Positions 9,830 through 22,499 of a DNA stretch of 64,000 nt are shown piece by piece. The translations under genes were made by a program, and so were the position numbers. Source of the DNA: Candidatus Omnitrophota bacterium (lineage in GTDB: Bacteria; Omnitrophota; Gorgyraeia; 1-14-0-20-64-10); assembly GCA_023248155.1 (NCBI GenBank), contig JAHFFE010000002.1, positions 124,824 through 188,823 on the forward strand. The letters run 5' to 3'. Positions within the stretch are counted from its first letter, which is position 1; the number at the start of each line of letters is the position of its first letter. The notes beneath the pieces are model-generated. The model saw only the letters and a list, made by a program, of their open reading frames with translations, searched no databases and was not told where the DNA came from.

Positions 9830-10348
9830 ATGAGAAATTTAATACGAATGGAAGAAATTGAGAATCATATCCTATTCGTCCGCGGGCACAAAGTAATGTT
9901 GGATGAAGGCTTGGCGCGGCTTTACGGTGTTTCTACAAAGCGTTTAAATGAACAGGTGCGACGAAATCGCGCTCGTTTTCCAAAAGATTTTATGTTTCAG
10001 CTTACGCCTGAAGAGGCCCGCTTTTTGAGGTCGCATTTTGCGACCTCAAGTTCGGAGCATGGAGGCCGGCGGTATCTCCCCTACGTGTTTACCGAACAAG
10101 GGATCGCCATGCTTTCCAGCGTGCTAAACAGCGAGAGAGCAGTCCAAGTGAATATTGCCATCATGCGAGCTTTTGTCAAATTGCGGAAGATTCTATCGAC
10201 CCATCGAGAATTTGCTCGAAAGCTTTCAGATTTGGAGCGTAAGTGGGAACTCCATGATGAACAAATACATTCGGTTTTTGAGGCAATCCGCCAGCTTATG
10301 GCGCCTGAACCTACGCGTCGCCGACGAATTGGATTTCACCGAGTGTAG
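9830..10348 (+). CDS. ORF6N-domain protein (KilA-N-related, phage antirepressor-like DNA-binding protein)
   Basis: The N-terminal half (..IENHILFVRGHKVMLDEGLARLYGVSTKRLNEQVRRNRARFPKDFMFQLTPEE..) is typical of the ORF6N family. The gene and its flanks are AT-rich relative to the locus. Confidence 0.65.
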   Translation: MRNLIRMEEIENHILFVRGHKVMLDEGLARLYGVSTKRLNEQVRRNRARFPKDFMFQLTPEEARFLRSHFATSSSEHGGRRYLPYVFTEQGIAMLSSVLNSERAVQVNIAIMRAFVKLRKILSTHREFARKLSDLERKWELHDEQIHSVFEAIRQLMAPEPTRRRRIGFHRV

Positions 10349-10493
10349 GGATAAATACCCCCGCTTTTACCTGTTCCAATTCTTGTTTCATCCCACCTAT
10401 TTTGTGCGATAATTATTAGTAGGGGTATTGGATTATTATTATCATTAATTCAAAGGCGGTTTACCGCCATATAGAGGAAGGAGAGTAAGCCAA

Positions 10494-12989
<2,496 letters not shown>

Positions 12990-12993
12990 CCGT

Positions 12994-14379
12994 TTGAAAC
13001 GGATCGTGAAAAGGCGTTCTCTGGTTACGATCGGGCTGGCGGGCCTGTTGGCCGTCAGCGCGTCCGCGTGGGGAGTCACCGAAGCGGCCCGCCTGGCGTC
13101 TGAACGAGCGCTTTCCCGTTTCTTCCATCAGCCGGTTTCTATTCGCCGCGTTACATTTTCCGCCGATCAGATTACGCTGCATCATATTGAAATTGCTTAT
13201 TCCGCCGAATCATCGCCGGTAGTGATTGAGCGCGTCGAATGGCAGGGTTCCGTTTTTGAACTTTTAAAGACCCGCTTGCTGAAAGTCGGCCGGATGCCGT
13301 CGTCGGAAACATTTACGCTGCGCGGCGCGGCGGTGTTGGTGGCCGGTGTTCCGCTGCGCGCCACCGGGGTTCTTCATTTGGACCACCGTTTGCGCGCGCC
13401 CGCGTTCCTTTCAGGGCAGATGCAGTTAAATCATCCGTGGATTCACGCGCAGGCCGAAATTGCAGGAACATCGGTGAAGCCAGTTTTAATCGGCTGGGTC
13501 GACGGGAAAAAAATGGGACCGCACCGGTTTATCGCGCAATTGTCGCGTCAGGCGGAATGGGTTGGCATTGAACGTCTGGAAGTTCAGGGCGGCTGGTTGG
13601 CGCGCGGACAGTGGACCGGGCGCGACTCGACGCATCCGTTTTGGCGCGCCGAACTGGAACTGATGCATGACATCGACCGGTACCGGCTGGAGATGGGTCC
13701 TTCCGGGGAGGGAGCGATGCAGGCCGGCCTTTGGGTTTACCGTGAGGGATTGCCTCCGCAGGAATTGATGGCGGCCTGGAAGCCGGCCGACGAGGGTATT
13801 GAATGGAGCGCGCGGACCGGGTCCGGTCAATTGTCCGGATGGGGACGGATTTCCCGAAAGAACTGGCCGGAACTCTCAATGGCGATTGATCTGAAGCAGT
13901 TTGATTTAAAAGAAATATACCCCTGGTTTCCAAGGACCATTGCTTCACCATTATTGGCCGGAACATTTAATGGCCATTTGGAATTGGCCGGTATCTGGCC
14001 GGATCTGAAAAGCCAGGGCGAGATTTTCGGTGAAGATGGAAAATTCGGCGAGTTCAATTTTGAAGGGATTACGGTGCGGTTCCAGGGTGTCGGCCCCTAT
14101 CTGCGCATTTTTAATTCACATTTGAAGCAGCCGATCGGGCCGACCTATCTGGAAGGGACGCTCGATTTAAACCAGACCGGCAAGCCTGATTTCTTTCGGA
14201 ATGTCCGGATGTTGTCGACCGATCCGACGATCACGACGGCGCAATGGCAGATGAACTTAGCCGGTAATCCGCCGCTTGCGCTGGAAATGAAGCCGGCCAC
14301 AGCGGCGGGCAACCCGATCGGTGTGGCGTCCTCTGCCGGATCCGGAGCGAAGTCTGTTTCCGATGGAGAAAAAACGTGA
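12994..14379 (+). CDS. Hypothetical membrane-anchored protein (N-terminal TM/signal), possibly lipid-transport associated; precedes mlaEFD
   Basis: Long ORF starting with a TTG codon (read as Met), N-terminal hydrophobic segment. Translationally coupled to mlaE (stop overlaps its start). I recognise no motif. The start codon is uncertain. Confidence 0.4.
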   Translation: MKRIVKRRSLVTIGLAGLLAVSASAWGVTEAARLASERALSRFFHQPVSIRRVTFSADQITLHHIEIAYSAESSPVVIERVEWQGSVFELLKTRLLKVGRMPSSETFTLRGAAVLVAGVPLRATGVLHLDHRLRAPAFLSGQMQLNHPWIHAQAEIAGTSVKPVLIGWVDGKKMGPHRFIAQLSRQAEWVGIERLEVQGGWLARGQWTGRDSTHPFWRAELELMHDIDRYRLEMGPSGEGAMQAGLWVYREGLPPQELMAAWKPADEGIEWSARTGSGQLSGWGRISRKNWPELSMAIDLKQFDLKEIYPWFPRTIASPLLAGTFNGHLELAGIWPDLKSQGEIFGEDGKFGEFNFEGITVRFQGVGPYLRIFNSHLKQPIGPTYLEGTLDLNQTGKPDFFRNVRMLSTDPTITTAQWQMNLAGNPPLALEMKPATAAGNPIGVASSAGSGAKSVSDGEKT

Positions 14380-15224
14380 CCCAGAAAAGTTTTCTTGAAC
14401 CGCTGGGCGAATCGGCGCTGACGGTTTTTGGATATATCGGCGCGACGATGGCGCTGCTGGGCCAGACGCTTTTGCAGATGTGTTATTATCCGTGGCTGCG
14501 CTGGGCCGGGTGGATGGTTTTACCGTGGAAGTGGCCGTTGTTGGCGCGCGACCGGCGCTGGAATCTGCTGGTCGATCAGATGGAAAAAATCGGCGTGGCC
14601 AGTTTTCCGCTGGTTTTTCTGACGGCGCTGTTTACCGGCATGGTGCTGGCGCTGCAGAGCGCTTATCAGCTGCAGCGGATGGGCGCCGAGAATTACATCG
14701 CCTCGCTGGTGGCGCTTTCGATTACGCGTGAACTGGGCCCGGTGCTGACGGCGCTGGTAATTGCCGGGCGCGTCGGCGCGGCCATTACCGCGCAGCTGGG
14801 CACGATGCGCGTAACCGAGCAGATCGACGCGCTGGAAACGCTGGGCACCGATCCGATACGGTATCTGTCGGTACCGCGGCTGCTGGCTCTGTTGATCATG
14901 CTGCCGCTGTTGACCGCCTACGCGGACATCATCGGAATTCTCGGCGGGTATATCGTCGGCGTCTGCAAGCTGGGGCTGGGATCCAATCTGTATATGCGGA
15001 TGACCTGGGAATCGCTGAAACTGAAAGATCTGTTTACGGGGTTGTTCAAGTCGGCCGTTTTCGCGGCGATTATCGCGACGGTGGCTTGCCATGAAGGGTT
15101 TGAAACGCGCGACGGCGCCGAGGGCGTGGGCCGTTCAACGACGCTGTCCGTGGTGATCTCGTTCATTTTAATTATTACGGCCGACTGTTTTTTCACGGCG
15201 CTCTTTTATTTCGTGTTTCCATGA
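14376..15224 (+). CDS. mlaE: MlaE-family ABC transporter permease (phospholipid/lipid asymmetry maintenance)
   Basis: Polytopic permease of ~280 aa, followed by the ABC ATPase and an MCE-domain protein. Confidence 0.75.
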   Translation: MTQKSFLEPLGESALTVFGYIGATMALLGQTLLQMCYYPWLRWAGWMVLPWKWPLLARDRRWNLLVDQMEKIGVASFPLVFLTALFTGMVLALQSAYQLQRMGAENYIASLVALSITRELGPVLTALVIAGRVGAAITAQLGTMRVTEQIDALETLGTDPIRYLSVPRLLALLIMLPLLTAYADIIGILGGYIVGVCKLGLGSNLYMRMTWESLKLKDLFTGLFKSAVFAAIIATVACHEGFETRDGAEGVGRSTTLSVVISFILIITADCFFTALFYFVFP

Positions 15225-15976
15225 TTGAAGTGATTAATTTATCCAAATCGTTCGATGGCCGGCCGGTGCTGTCGGGTGTGAACCTTTCGATTCGGGAAGG
15301 CGAGACGATGGTCATCATGGGCCGGTCCGGCTGCGGCAAGTCGGTGCTGCTCAAACATATTATCGGGCTGATTCGGCCGGATGAAGGGCAGGTATTCGTC
15401 GACGGACAGGAGATTTCACGCGCGACCGGAGAAGAACTGAGCCGCGCGCGGCTGAAATTCGGGATGCTGTTTCAGGGTGCTGCGCTGTTTGATTCGTTGT
15501 CGGTCGGCGAGAACGTGGCGTTTCCGCTGCGCGAGCATACCACGATGACCGAGGCGCAGATCCGGGATCGCGTGAGTGAATGCCTGAACTTGGTCGGCAT
15601 GCCGGACATTGAAGACCGCCGTCCGGCCGAGCTGTCGGGCGGTATGCGCAAACGCGTTGGATTGGCGCGCGCCGTCGCGATGCAGCCGAAGATCGTTCTA
15701 TACGACGAGCCGACCACCGGCATTGATCCGGTGATGTCGGATGTGATCAACCGGCTGATCGTCCGGTTGCGGGATCAATTAAAAGTGACGGGGATTGTCG
15801 TGACGCATGATCTGGTCAGCGCGTACACGGTCGGCAACCGGATCGCGATGCTGCATGAGGGCGCCATCGAGCAGGTCGGCACCGTGGCGGAAATACGTTC
15901 ATCGGGCAACCCTGTGGTGAGACAATTTTTGGAGCCGGCTTTATCGAGACAATCGGAAAAGGGAGGCATGGCATGA
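15221..15976 (+). CDS. mlaF: ABC transporter ATP-binding protein (MlaF-like)
   Basis: Walker A GRSGCGKS, ABC signature LSGGMRKRVGLARA, Walker B IVLYDEPTTGIDP. Confidence 0.85.
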   Translation: MIEVINLSKSFDGRPVLSGVNLSIREGETMVIMGRSGCGKSVLLKHIIGLIRPDEGQVFVDGQEISRATGEELSRARLKFGMLFQGAALFDSLSVGENVAFPLREHTTMTEAQIRDRVSECLNLVGMPDIEDRRPAELSGGMRKRVGLARAVAMQPKIVLYDEPTTGIDPVMSDVINRLIVRLRDQLKVTGIVVTHDLVSAYTVGNRIAMLHEGAIEQVGTVAEIRSSGNPVVRQFLEPALSRQSEKGGMA

Positions 15977-16716
15977 CCGGAACGACGCAGCAGGTGAAGG
16001 TCGGATTGTTTGTCTTTATCGCGTTTATTCTTTTGACGGTGATGGTTTTTTCCATCAGCGATTTTTACACGGTGCAGGGACAGAATACCTACGCGCTGCG
16101 CGTCCGTTTTTCGTCGGTCAGCGGCATTGACACCGGCGCTCCGGTGCGCGTGTCGGGCGTGAAGGCCGGCGAGGTCAAGTCGGTGCGCGTCTACCGTGAA
16201 GAAGCCACGCAAAAAATGCTGGTTGAGGTCGGGATCCGGCTTTCGAAAGAGGTAACGCTCGAGGAAGATTCAACCGCCACGATTACCAGCCTGGGGTTTC
16301 TGGGCGAGAAATATGTGGAGATCATGCCGGGTACGCCCGGAGCCCGCCTGCTTAACGCAGGCGAGATTTTAGTCGGCAAGGAATCGGTTTCGATGGAACG
16401 GCTGATGGATTCCAGCGTCCGCGCGCTGGATCAGATACAGAAAACATTCGTGTCGGTCAACGCAATCGTCTCGGACGAACAAAACCGTGAAGCAATTAAG
16501 GGATCGCTGGCCAACTCAAAGGAAGCGACAGCGCAGTTCACGCAAATGATGGCGCAGACCAACGACTTAATCAATAAAATTAATCGGGGCGAAGGTACGG
16601 TGGGCAAATTGCTGATGGAAGACGAAATTTATAATAATCTCAAAGAACTCTCGTCCGACGTCAAGGCGCATCCGTGGAAGTTGTTTATTAAAACGAAGGA
16701 ATCCAAGAAGAAATAA
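15973..16716 (+). CDS. mlaD: MCE-domain (MlaD-like) substrate-binding protein
   Basis: N-terminal TM helix followed by an MCE-like region (..RVRFSSVSGIDTGAPVRVSGVKAGEV..). Third gene of the mla-like cluster. Confidence 0.7.
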   Translation: MTGTTQQVKVGLFVFIAFILLTVMVFSISDFYTVQGQNTYALRVRFSSVSGIDTGAPVRVSGVKAGEVKSVRVYREEATQKMLVEVGIRLSKEVTLEEDSTATITSLGFLGEKYVEIMPGTPGARLLNAGEILVGKESVSMERLMDSSVRALDQIQKTFVSVNAIVSDEQNREAIKGSLANSKEATAQFTQMMAQTNDLINKINRGEGTVGKLLMEDEIYNNLKELSSDVKAHPWKLFIKTKESKKK

Positions 16717-16763
16717 TTTTTTTATAAATCCGGGTTCCTATAGATAAATGGAGGGTTCTTATC

Positions 16764-17795
16764 ATGACTATTTGGTTTGTCCGTTTCTTTTTTATGGCGA
16801 TTGCGGCGGCGTTCGGGTATCAGATCGGCTACACGTTGCCGTGGCTGGGCGCGTCGGCCGGATTGATGGGGGCGCTGGCAGGCGTGGCGCTGGCGTCGGC
16901 CTTGATCGGCGTGGAATTCGTGATGAAGAAAATTTCCACGCAGGGGCTTTCGGCGGCCGTGTTCGGGCTGTTGTTCGGCATGATCATGGCGCGGCTGGTG
17001 ATCTCAACGCTGGAATTGATTCCGATGGGGCCGCAGCTGACGGCATCGTTCCGTTCCAGCGTGCTGGTTATTTTCTGTTATTTCGGAATGGCCGTCGCGG
17101 TGCGCGGGCGCGATGAATTCAACATTATCATTCCGTATGTAAAGTTTACCCGGCAGGACAAGCACGAAGAACTGGTGATTCTCGATACCAGCGTGATTAT
17201 CGACGGACGGATTGCCGATATCTGCGACACGCGGTTTATTGAAGGCAAACTGATCGTGCCGCGGTTCGTGTTGAAAGAACTGCAGCAGATCGCCGACAGC
17301 CAGGACCCGATCAAGCGAAACCGCGGGCGGCGCGGGTTGGATGTGCTGGCACGGATCCAGAAAATTCCGCACATCGATGTGCGCATTCAGGAAGAAGATT
17401 TCACCGATGTGCGCGAGGTGGACGCCAAACTGGTGAAGCTGGCCAAGCTCGTCGGCGGCAAGGTGCTGACGAATGATTTTAATCTGAACAAAGTGGCCGA
17501 GCTGCAGGGCGTGCAGGTGCTCAATATTAATGAGCTGTCCAACGCGCTCAAGCCGGTGGTGCTGCCCGGTGAGCTGATGGAAGCCAAAGTACTTAAAGAA
17601 GGCAAAGAATACAACCAGGGTGTCGCTTATCTGGATGATGGCACGATGGTAGTTGTCGAGCAGGGGCGCCATTTGATTGGGCAGACCGTGCGCGTGGCAG
17701 TGACCAGTGTTTTGCAGACGGCCGCCGGCCGGATGATTTTCGCCAAGCCGGATGAAGATCCTAGAACCGGTTCCAACAATCCCCGTGGCCGCTAA
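16764..17795 (+). CDS. yacL: PIN/TRAM-domain membrane protein (YacL family)
   Basis: N-terminal TM helices, a PIN-like core ([15 protein letters not shown]..), a C-terminal TRAM-like segment. Lies directly upstream of ispD-ispF as in the B. subtilis yacL locus. Confidence 0.7.
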   Translation: MTIWFVRFFFMAIAAAFGYQIGYTLPWLGASAGLMGALAGVALASALIGVEFVMKKISTQGLSAAVFGLLFGMIMARLVISTLELIPMGPQLTASFRSSVLVIFCYFGMAVAVRGRDEFNIIIPYVKFTRQDKHEELVILDTSVIIDGRIADICDTRFIEGKLIVPRFVLKELQQIADSQDPIKRNRGRRGLDVLARIQKIPHIDVRIQEEDFTDVREVDAKLVKLAKLVGGKVLTNDFNLNKVAELQGVQVLNINELSNALKPVVLPGELMEAKVLKEGKEYNQGVAYLDDGTMVVVEQGRHLIGQTVRVAVTSVLQTAAGRMIFAKPDEDPRTGSNNPRGR

Positions 17796-17798
17796 ACG

Positions 17799-18476
17799 AT
17801 GGTAGGGGCGATTGTTCCTGCAGGCGGCGTCGGAAAACGGCTGGGCGCGAAGGGACACAAATCATTCGTGAAGCTGGCCGGTGAGCCAATGCTGGTCTGG
17901 TCTCTGCGCGCGCTGGATTTGACGCGCGAGATTAATCAGATTGTTTTGGTGGTTCATCCGGATGATCTGGCGGCGGCCCGTCGTCTCGTGGCGGCCAAGC
18001 GGTTCCGTAAAGTGTCACGCATCGTCGCCGGAGGCGACACCCGCATGCAGTCAGTTGCCTGCGGTCTTGCGGCGCTTGCGCCGGAGATGGAATGGGTGCT
18101 GGTGCATGACGCGGCCCGTCCGCTTGTCACCGGCGACTTGATTCGCGCGGTGGTGCGCGGCGGCATTCGGTTTGGCTCGGCGATTGCCGCGGTGCCGGTC
18201 ATCCCGACGATCAAAGAAGTCGATAAAGGGGCCGTGGTTGCGACGCTGGACCGGACCCGTTTGTGGGAAGTGCAGACGCCGCAGGTATTCCGCCGCGATT
18301 TGCTGGAAGAGGCGCATCTTTCGGGCCGCGCGGATGGAATTGAGGCGACCGACGACTCGATGCTGGTGGAGCGGTTAAGCCGCCGCCGAGTCCGGATCGT
18401 GATGGGATCGCACCGGAATTTGAAAGTGACGACGCCCGAAGATTTGGCAATCGCCGAAGCGTTAATTAAACACTAG
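17799..18476 (+). CDS. ispD: 2-C-methyl-D-erythritol 4-phosphate cytidylyltransferase
   Basis: N-terminal AIVPAGGVGKRLG motif. Length 225 aa. Adjacent to ispF. Confidence 0.85.
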   Translation: MVGAIVPAGGVGKRLGAKGHKSFVKLAGEPMLVWSLRALDLTREINQIVLVVHPDDLAAARRLVAAKRFRKVSRIVAGGDTRMQSVACGLAALAPEMEWVLVHDAARPLVTGDLIRAVVRGGIRFGSAIAAVPVIPTIKEVDKGAVVATLDRTRLWEVQTPQVFRRDLLEEAHLSGRADGIEATDDSMLVERLSRRRVRIVMGSHRNLKVTTPEDLAIAEALIKH

Positions 18477-18484
18477 GAGTTTTA

Positions 18485-18964
18485 TTGATGGGTCGGATTG
18501 GAATGGGGTTTGATATTCATCGGCTTGTCGAAGGCCGGCCGTTGTGGCTCGGCGGCATTCAGGTTCCGCACGGCAAGGGTCTGCTGGGCCATTCGGACGC
18601 CGATATTTTATTGCATGCGCTTTGCGACGCGCTGCTGGGCGCGGCCGGCGCCGGCGACATCGGCAGTTATTTTCCGGATACCGATCCGAAATGGAAGGGT
18701 GCCTCAAGCCGGATTTTCGTTGAGAAAGCGATGGAACTGGTTCGCAAAGACGGCTGGATAATTTCCAATGCCGACCTGACTGTGATTGCCGAAGAACCGA
18801 AGCTGGCTCCGCACCGCGGCGAAATTGTCCGGTCGATCGCCGGCATTCTCGGCGTGCCGGAATCGTCGGTAAACCTTAAAGCCCGCACCATGGAAAAACT
18901 GGGCCCGATCGGCGCCGGTGAGGCGATGTCGGCCTACGCGGTCGTGCTGCTGGAGAAAAAATAA
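18485..18964 (+). CDS. ispF: 2-C-methyl-D-erythritol 2,4-cyclodiphosphate synthase
   Basis: [35 protein letters not shown] signature. Length 159 aa. Confidence 0.9.
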   Translation: MMGRIGMGFDIHRLVEGRPLWLGGIQVPHGKGLLGHSDADILLHALCDALLGAAGAGDIGSYFPDTDPKWKGASSRIFVEKAMELVRKDGWIISNADLTVIAEEPKLAPHRGEIVRSIAGILGVPESSVNLKARTMEKLGPIGAGEAMSAYAVVLLEKK

Positions 18965-18965
18965 A

Positions 18966-19568
18966 ATGCCATTAAAACAGTTAGTTCTTATCGTCGCTGC
19001 GGTTTTGTTTGCGAAGGTTCTTTTGCTGCGCTGGTTTTGGCGGCATGAGATCAGCGCTGCGATGGAACGCGATCCGGCCGCCCGTTCGACATGGGAAGTC
19101 CTCTTTTTGTATCCGAGCGTCATGGCGATCGGTTTTTACCGCATCGCGCACCCGCTGCATCAATTGAACTGGCCCGGGTTCCGGTTTATCGCGCGCTGGA
19201 TGTCGCAATATGCGCGCGGCTGGACCGGCATTGAAATTCATCCCGGGGCCGTCATCGGCAAGGGACTGTTTATCGATCATGGCATGGGCGTGGTGATCGG
19301 TGAAACGGCGATTATCGGTGAGAATGTAACGCTGTTCCAGGGTGTCACGCTTGGCGGTACCGGCAAGGAAAAAGGCAAACGGCATCCGACGCTGGGGAAT
19401 AATGTGGTGGTCGGCGCCGGCGCGAAAGTGCTGGGCAGTTTCACGATCGGAAATAATTCGCAGATCGGCGCCAATGCCGTGGTGGTGCAAGAAGTTCCTC
19501 CCGATTCGGTCGTCGTCGGTGTTCCAGGCAAAATTGTCCGGCAGAACGGCAAGCGAGTGACCGACTGA
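18966..19568 (+). CDS. cysE: Serine O-acetyltransferase
   Basis: Hexapeptide-repeat acetyltransferase with the SAT N-terminal region (..[28 protein letters not shown]..). Start taken at ATG 18966, just after the ispF stop. The longer overlapping ORF from 18918 is probably not used. Confidence 0.8.
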   Translation: MPLKQLVLIVAAVLFAKVLLLRWFWRHEISAAMERDPAARSTWEVLFLYPSVMAIGFYRIAHPLHQLNWPGFRFIARWMSQYARGWTGIEIHPGAVIGKGLFIDHGMGVVIGETAIIGENVTLFQGVTLGGTGKEKGKRHPTLGNNVVVGAGAKVLGSFTIGNNSQIGANAVVVQEVPPDSVVVGVPGKIVRQNGKRVTD

Positions 19569-19574
19569 CCTTCA

Positions 19575-20927
19575 ATGGGATTGCGCTTACATAATACGCT
19601 CACCGGCAAAGTAGAACCGTTTGAGCCGCTGAAGCCGAGTGAAGTTTCGTTGTATCTCTGCGGCATCACCGTGTATGACGACTGCCATGTCGGACATGCG
19701 CGCGGCGCTGTAGTGTTTGACGCGTTCCGCCGTTTTCTGGAAAGCCGGAAACTGCGCGTCACGCATATTCGCAATATCACCGATGTCGACGACAAAATCA
19801 TTGATCGCGCCCGCAAGGAAGATGCTTCTTCCGGTGATTTAAACGCGCGCACTAAACGGGTGGCCGAGAAATATACCGGCCGTTTTCAGGCCGATTTCAA
19901 GAAACTTGGACTGCTGCCGCCTACGCAGGAACCGAAAGCCACCGAATTTATTCCTCAGATGATCGCGTTGATCGGCGATTTGATTAAGCGTGAGATGGCG
20001 TATGAAACGGCTGACGGCGTTTATTTCTCGGTGAGGAAACTTTCGGAATATGGCCGGCTTTCGCATCAGAAGCCGGACCAGATGCTCGAGAACCATCGCG
20101 CGGAAACAGGCGACGGCAAGAAAGACTCGCTCGATTTTGCGCTCTGGAAAAAAGCGAAGCCGGACGAACCGCAGTGGCCCAGTCCCTGGGGAGCCGGGCG
20201 GCCCGGCTGGCATATTGAATGCACGACGATGTCGACTCGGTTGCTGGGGGATCAGTTTGATATCCATGGCGGCGGGCAGGACCTTGTTTTCCCGCATCAC
20301 GAGAATGAACTGGCGCAGGCGCTCGGCGCCAAAAAACCGTTTGCGCGAACCTGGATGCACAACGGCCTGCTGACGATCAACGGGCAGAAGATGTCGAAAT
20401 CGCTGGGGAATTTTGTCACGCTCGAAGAAGTGCTGAGTAAATATCCGGCCGATGTGGTCCGGCTCTTTTTCTTAAGCGTGCATTACCACTCGCCGGTTGA
20501 TTTTACCTGGGAGCGCATGGAAGAAGCCAAACATTCGTACGGCCGCCTGACCGCTTTTCTTGCGCATGCGGAATCGAAACCGGCTGCAACTGCTGCACCG
20601 GATCTTTCCGGTCCTGAAAAAGATTTTTATGAAGCGCTCGAGGACAATTTTAATACACCGCGCGCGCTGGCCTGTTTGCATGACTTGACGCGGCATCCAT
20701 CGCCGAAAGAAGCGGCTGGACTTCTTCGCGCGTTGGCGAAAACGCTCGGATTTTTTCAGGCCGATGCCGGCGTAGACGATGCGATTCAACAATTGGTTGA
20801 TCAGCGCGACCAGGTGCGCGCGAAAAAAGATTTCGCCGCTTCCGACCGGATCCGCAAAGAACTCAACGATCTTGGCTATTTGGTAGAAGATACCGCCGGA
20901 AAAACCGTGGTGCGCAAAAAGATCTGA
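19575..20927 (+). CDS. cysS: Cysteinyl-tRNA synthetase
   Basis: Class I aaRS motifs HVGHARG and KMSKSLGN. Length 450 aa. Confidence 0.9.
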   Translation: MGLRLHNTLTGKVEPFEPLKPSEVSLYLCGITVYDDCHVGHARGAVVFDAFRRFLESRKLRVTHIRNITDVDDKIIDRARKEDASSGDLNARTKRVAEKYTGRFQADFKKLGLLPPTQEPKATEFIPQMIALIGDLIKREMAYETADGVYFSVRKLSEYGRLSHQKPDQMLENHRAETGDGKKDSLDFALWKKAKPDEPQWPSPWGAGRPGWHIECTTMSTRLLGDQFDIHGGGQDLVFPHHENELAQALGAKKPFARTWMHNGLLTINGQKMSKSLGNFVTLEEVLSKYPADVVRLFFLSVHYHSPVDFTWERMEEAKHSYGRLTAFLAHAESKPAATAAPDLSGPEKDFYEALEDNFNTPRALACLHDLTRHPSPKEAAGLLRALAKTLGFFQADAGVDDAIQQLVDQRDQVRAKKDFAASDRIRKELNDLGYLVEDTAGKTVVRKKI

Positions 20928-20929
20928 CG

Positions 20930-21544
20930 ATGAAAAAAGGATTATTCATTACATTCGAGGGGCCGGAAGGGGCGGGCAAGTCGACGCAATGCCGCCGCTT
21001 GGCTGCCTGGCTGAAACGGCGCGGCTATTCCGTTCTACTGACACGCGAACCGGGCGGCACGCGGATCGGCCGTCAGCTGCGCAAGATTTTGCTGAACAAA
21101 GATCATCATGAAATCAGTCCGGCCGTGGAACTGTTTTTGTATGAAGCCAGCCGCGCCATTCTGGTTTCTGAGGTGATACTTCCGGCGCTGAAAAAGGGCC
21201 GGACTGTGATCGTCGACCGGTTCCAGGATTCCACCTGGGCTTATCAGGGATGGGCCGGCAAAATGGATTTGAAACTGATTGATCGTCTCGGCCAGGAAGC
21301 GCTGGGCGGGTTGAAGCCGCAAATTACTTTTTTGCTCGACCTGCCGGTTCGTAAAGGATTGGCGCGCGTTCGGCACCCGAACCGTTTCGAGGCCAAGCCG
21401 CTGGCGTTCCATGAAAAAGTGCGGCAGGGTTATTTAACGCTGGCCCTCCGCGAAAAAGGAAGAATCTGGCGCATTGATGCCGACCGCTCTGCCGATGAAG
21501 TGCAGGAAAAAATTCAGGAGGTAATGCGCCGTGTCGTTCGCTAG
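20930..21544 (+). CDS. tmk: Thymidylate kinase
   Basis: P-loop FITFEGPEGAGKSTQ. Length 204 aa. Confidence 0.9.
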   Translation: MKKGLFITFEGPEGAGKSTQCRRLAAWLKRRGYSVLLTREPGGTRIGRQLRKILLNKDHHEISPAVELFLYEASRAILVSEVILPALKKGRTVIVDRFQDSTWAYQGWAGKMDLKLIDRLGQEALGGLKPQITFLLDLPVRKGLARVRHPNRFEAKPLAFHEKVRQGYLTLALREKGRIWRIDADRSADEVQEKIQEVMRRVVR

Positions 21545-22499
21545 TCTGACCGGGCATGACGCGGTGATCCGTCTCTTGAAGGGACAGATTCGCCAGGGGC
21601 GCATTCCGCATACGGCGCTTTGGGTCGGGCCTTCCGGCATCGGCAAGGCAGCGCTGGCGCGCGCGTTTGCCAAGGCGCTCGAATGCGCGCAGCCCACCAA
21701 AGATGGCGACGCCTGTGATGCCTGCGACAGCTGCCGCAAGATCGAGCAGGGAACCTCTCCGGATTTTTTGACAGTGGGGCCTGAATCGGAAAATGGGCAG
21801 ATTGGAATCGATCAGATCCGCAAACTGGAAAACTGGATGTCGCTGACGCCGCATTCAGGAAAATGGAAAATCGGCGTTTTGGACCAAGCCGAAGCGATGA
21901 CCGATCAGGCCGCCAACGCCTGTTTAAAAATGTTGGAAGAACCTCCGGCGAGCAGCCTATTCATTTTACTGACCACGGCGCCCAACCGATTGCTGCCGAC
22001 GATCGTGTCGCGCTGCCACCGGCTGCGCCTTTCGCCGCAGGGAGTTGATAGCGTTGCCGTTTATCTGCGCGAGAAAGAAAAAGTAGAGCCGGCCATGGCG
22101 CAGATGGTTGCCGTCGCGTCGAGCGGACGGCTGGGCATGGCGCTTGATTTTTTGCGCACCGACCATTTGCAGGAACGGAACAAGAACCTGGATCAGATGA
22201 TTCAGGCGATACAGCGCGGCGATATTGAGATTCCGGTCGCCAAGCTTTCACGCGATAAAATCAGCGAGAATCTGGAATGGTACGCGGCCTGGTTGCGCGA
22301 CCGCCTGATTCTGCAGCTGCAGGGCGACCCGTCCTGGATTATTCATCAGGACCGGATGCAGGAACTGCGCGCTGCTTCCAAAACACTCTCAACCGAAGCG
22401 CTGCTGCAGCGGCTCGACCGCGTCTATGCCGTCGAGCAGGCGATCAAGAAGAACGCTTCCGTAAAAAACGCGTTATCGGTTTTGTTAAGCCATGGATAA
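21531..22499 (+). CDS. holB: DNA polymerase III delta-prime subunit
   Basis: AAA+ clamp-loader-like N-terminus (..HTALWVGPSGIGKAALARAFAKALEC..) with a Cys cluster CDACDSC. Follows tmk, which is the conserved arrangement. Confidence 0.8.
   Translation: MSFASLTGHDAVIRLLKGQIRQGRIPHTALWVGPSGIGKAALARAFAKALECAQPTKDGDACDACDSCRKIEQGTSPDFLTVGPESENGQIGIDQIRKLENWMSLTPHSGKWKIGVLDQAEAMTDQAANACLKMLEEPPASSLFILLTTAPNRLLPTIVSRCHRLRLSPQGVDSVAVYLREKEKVEPAMAQMVAVASSGRLGMALDFLRTDHLQERNKNLDQMIQAIQRGDIEIPVAKLSRDKISENLEWYAAWLRDRLILQLQGDPSWIIHQDRMQELRAASKTLSTEALLQRLDRVYAVEQAIKKNASVKNALSVLLSHG

Noticed and set aside
10349-10493. CtsR operator upstream of clpC
   Set aside because: I looked for tandem GGTCAAA heptads and found none. 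There is only a small hairpin (ggcggtttaccgcc) and AT-rich sequence.
18918-18965. Upstream extension of cysE (ORF start 18918 overlapping ispF)
   Set aside because: The extra 16 codons are not SAT-like. ATG 18966 directly after the ispF stop gives a canonical CysE N-terminus.
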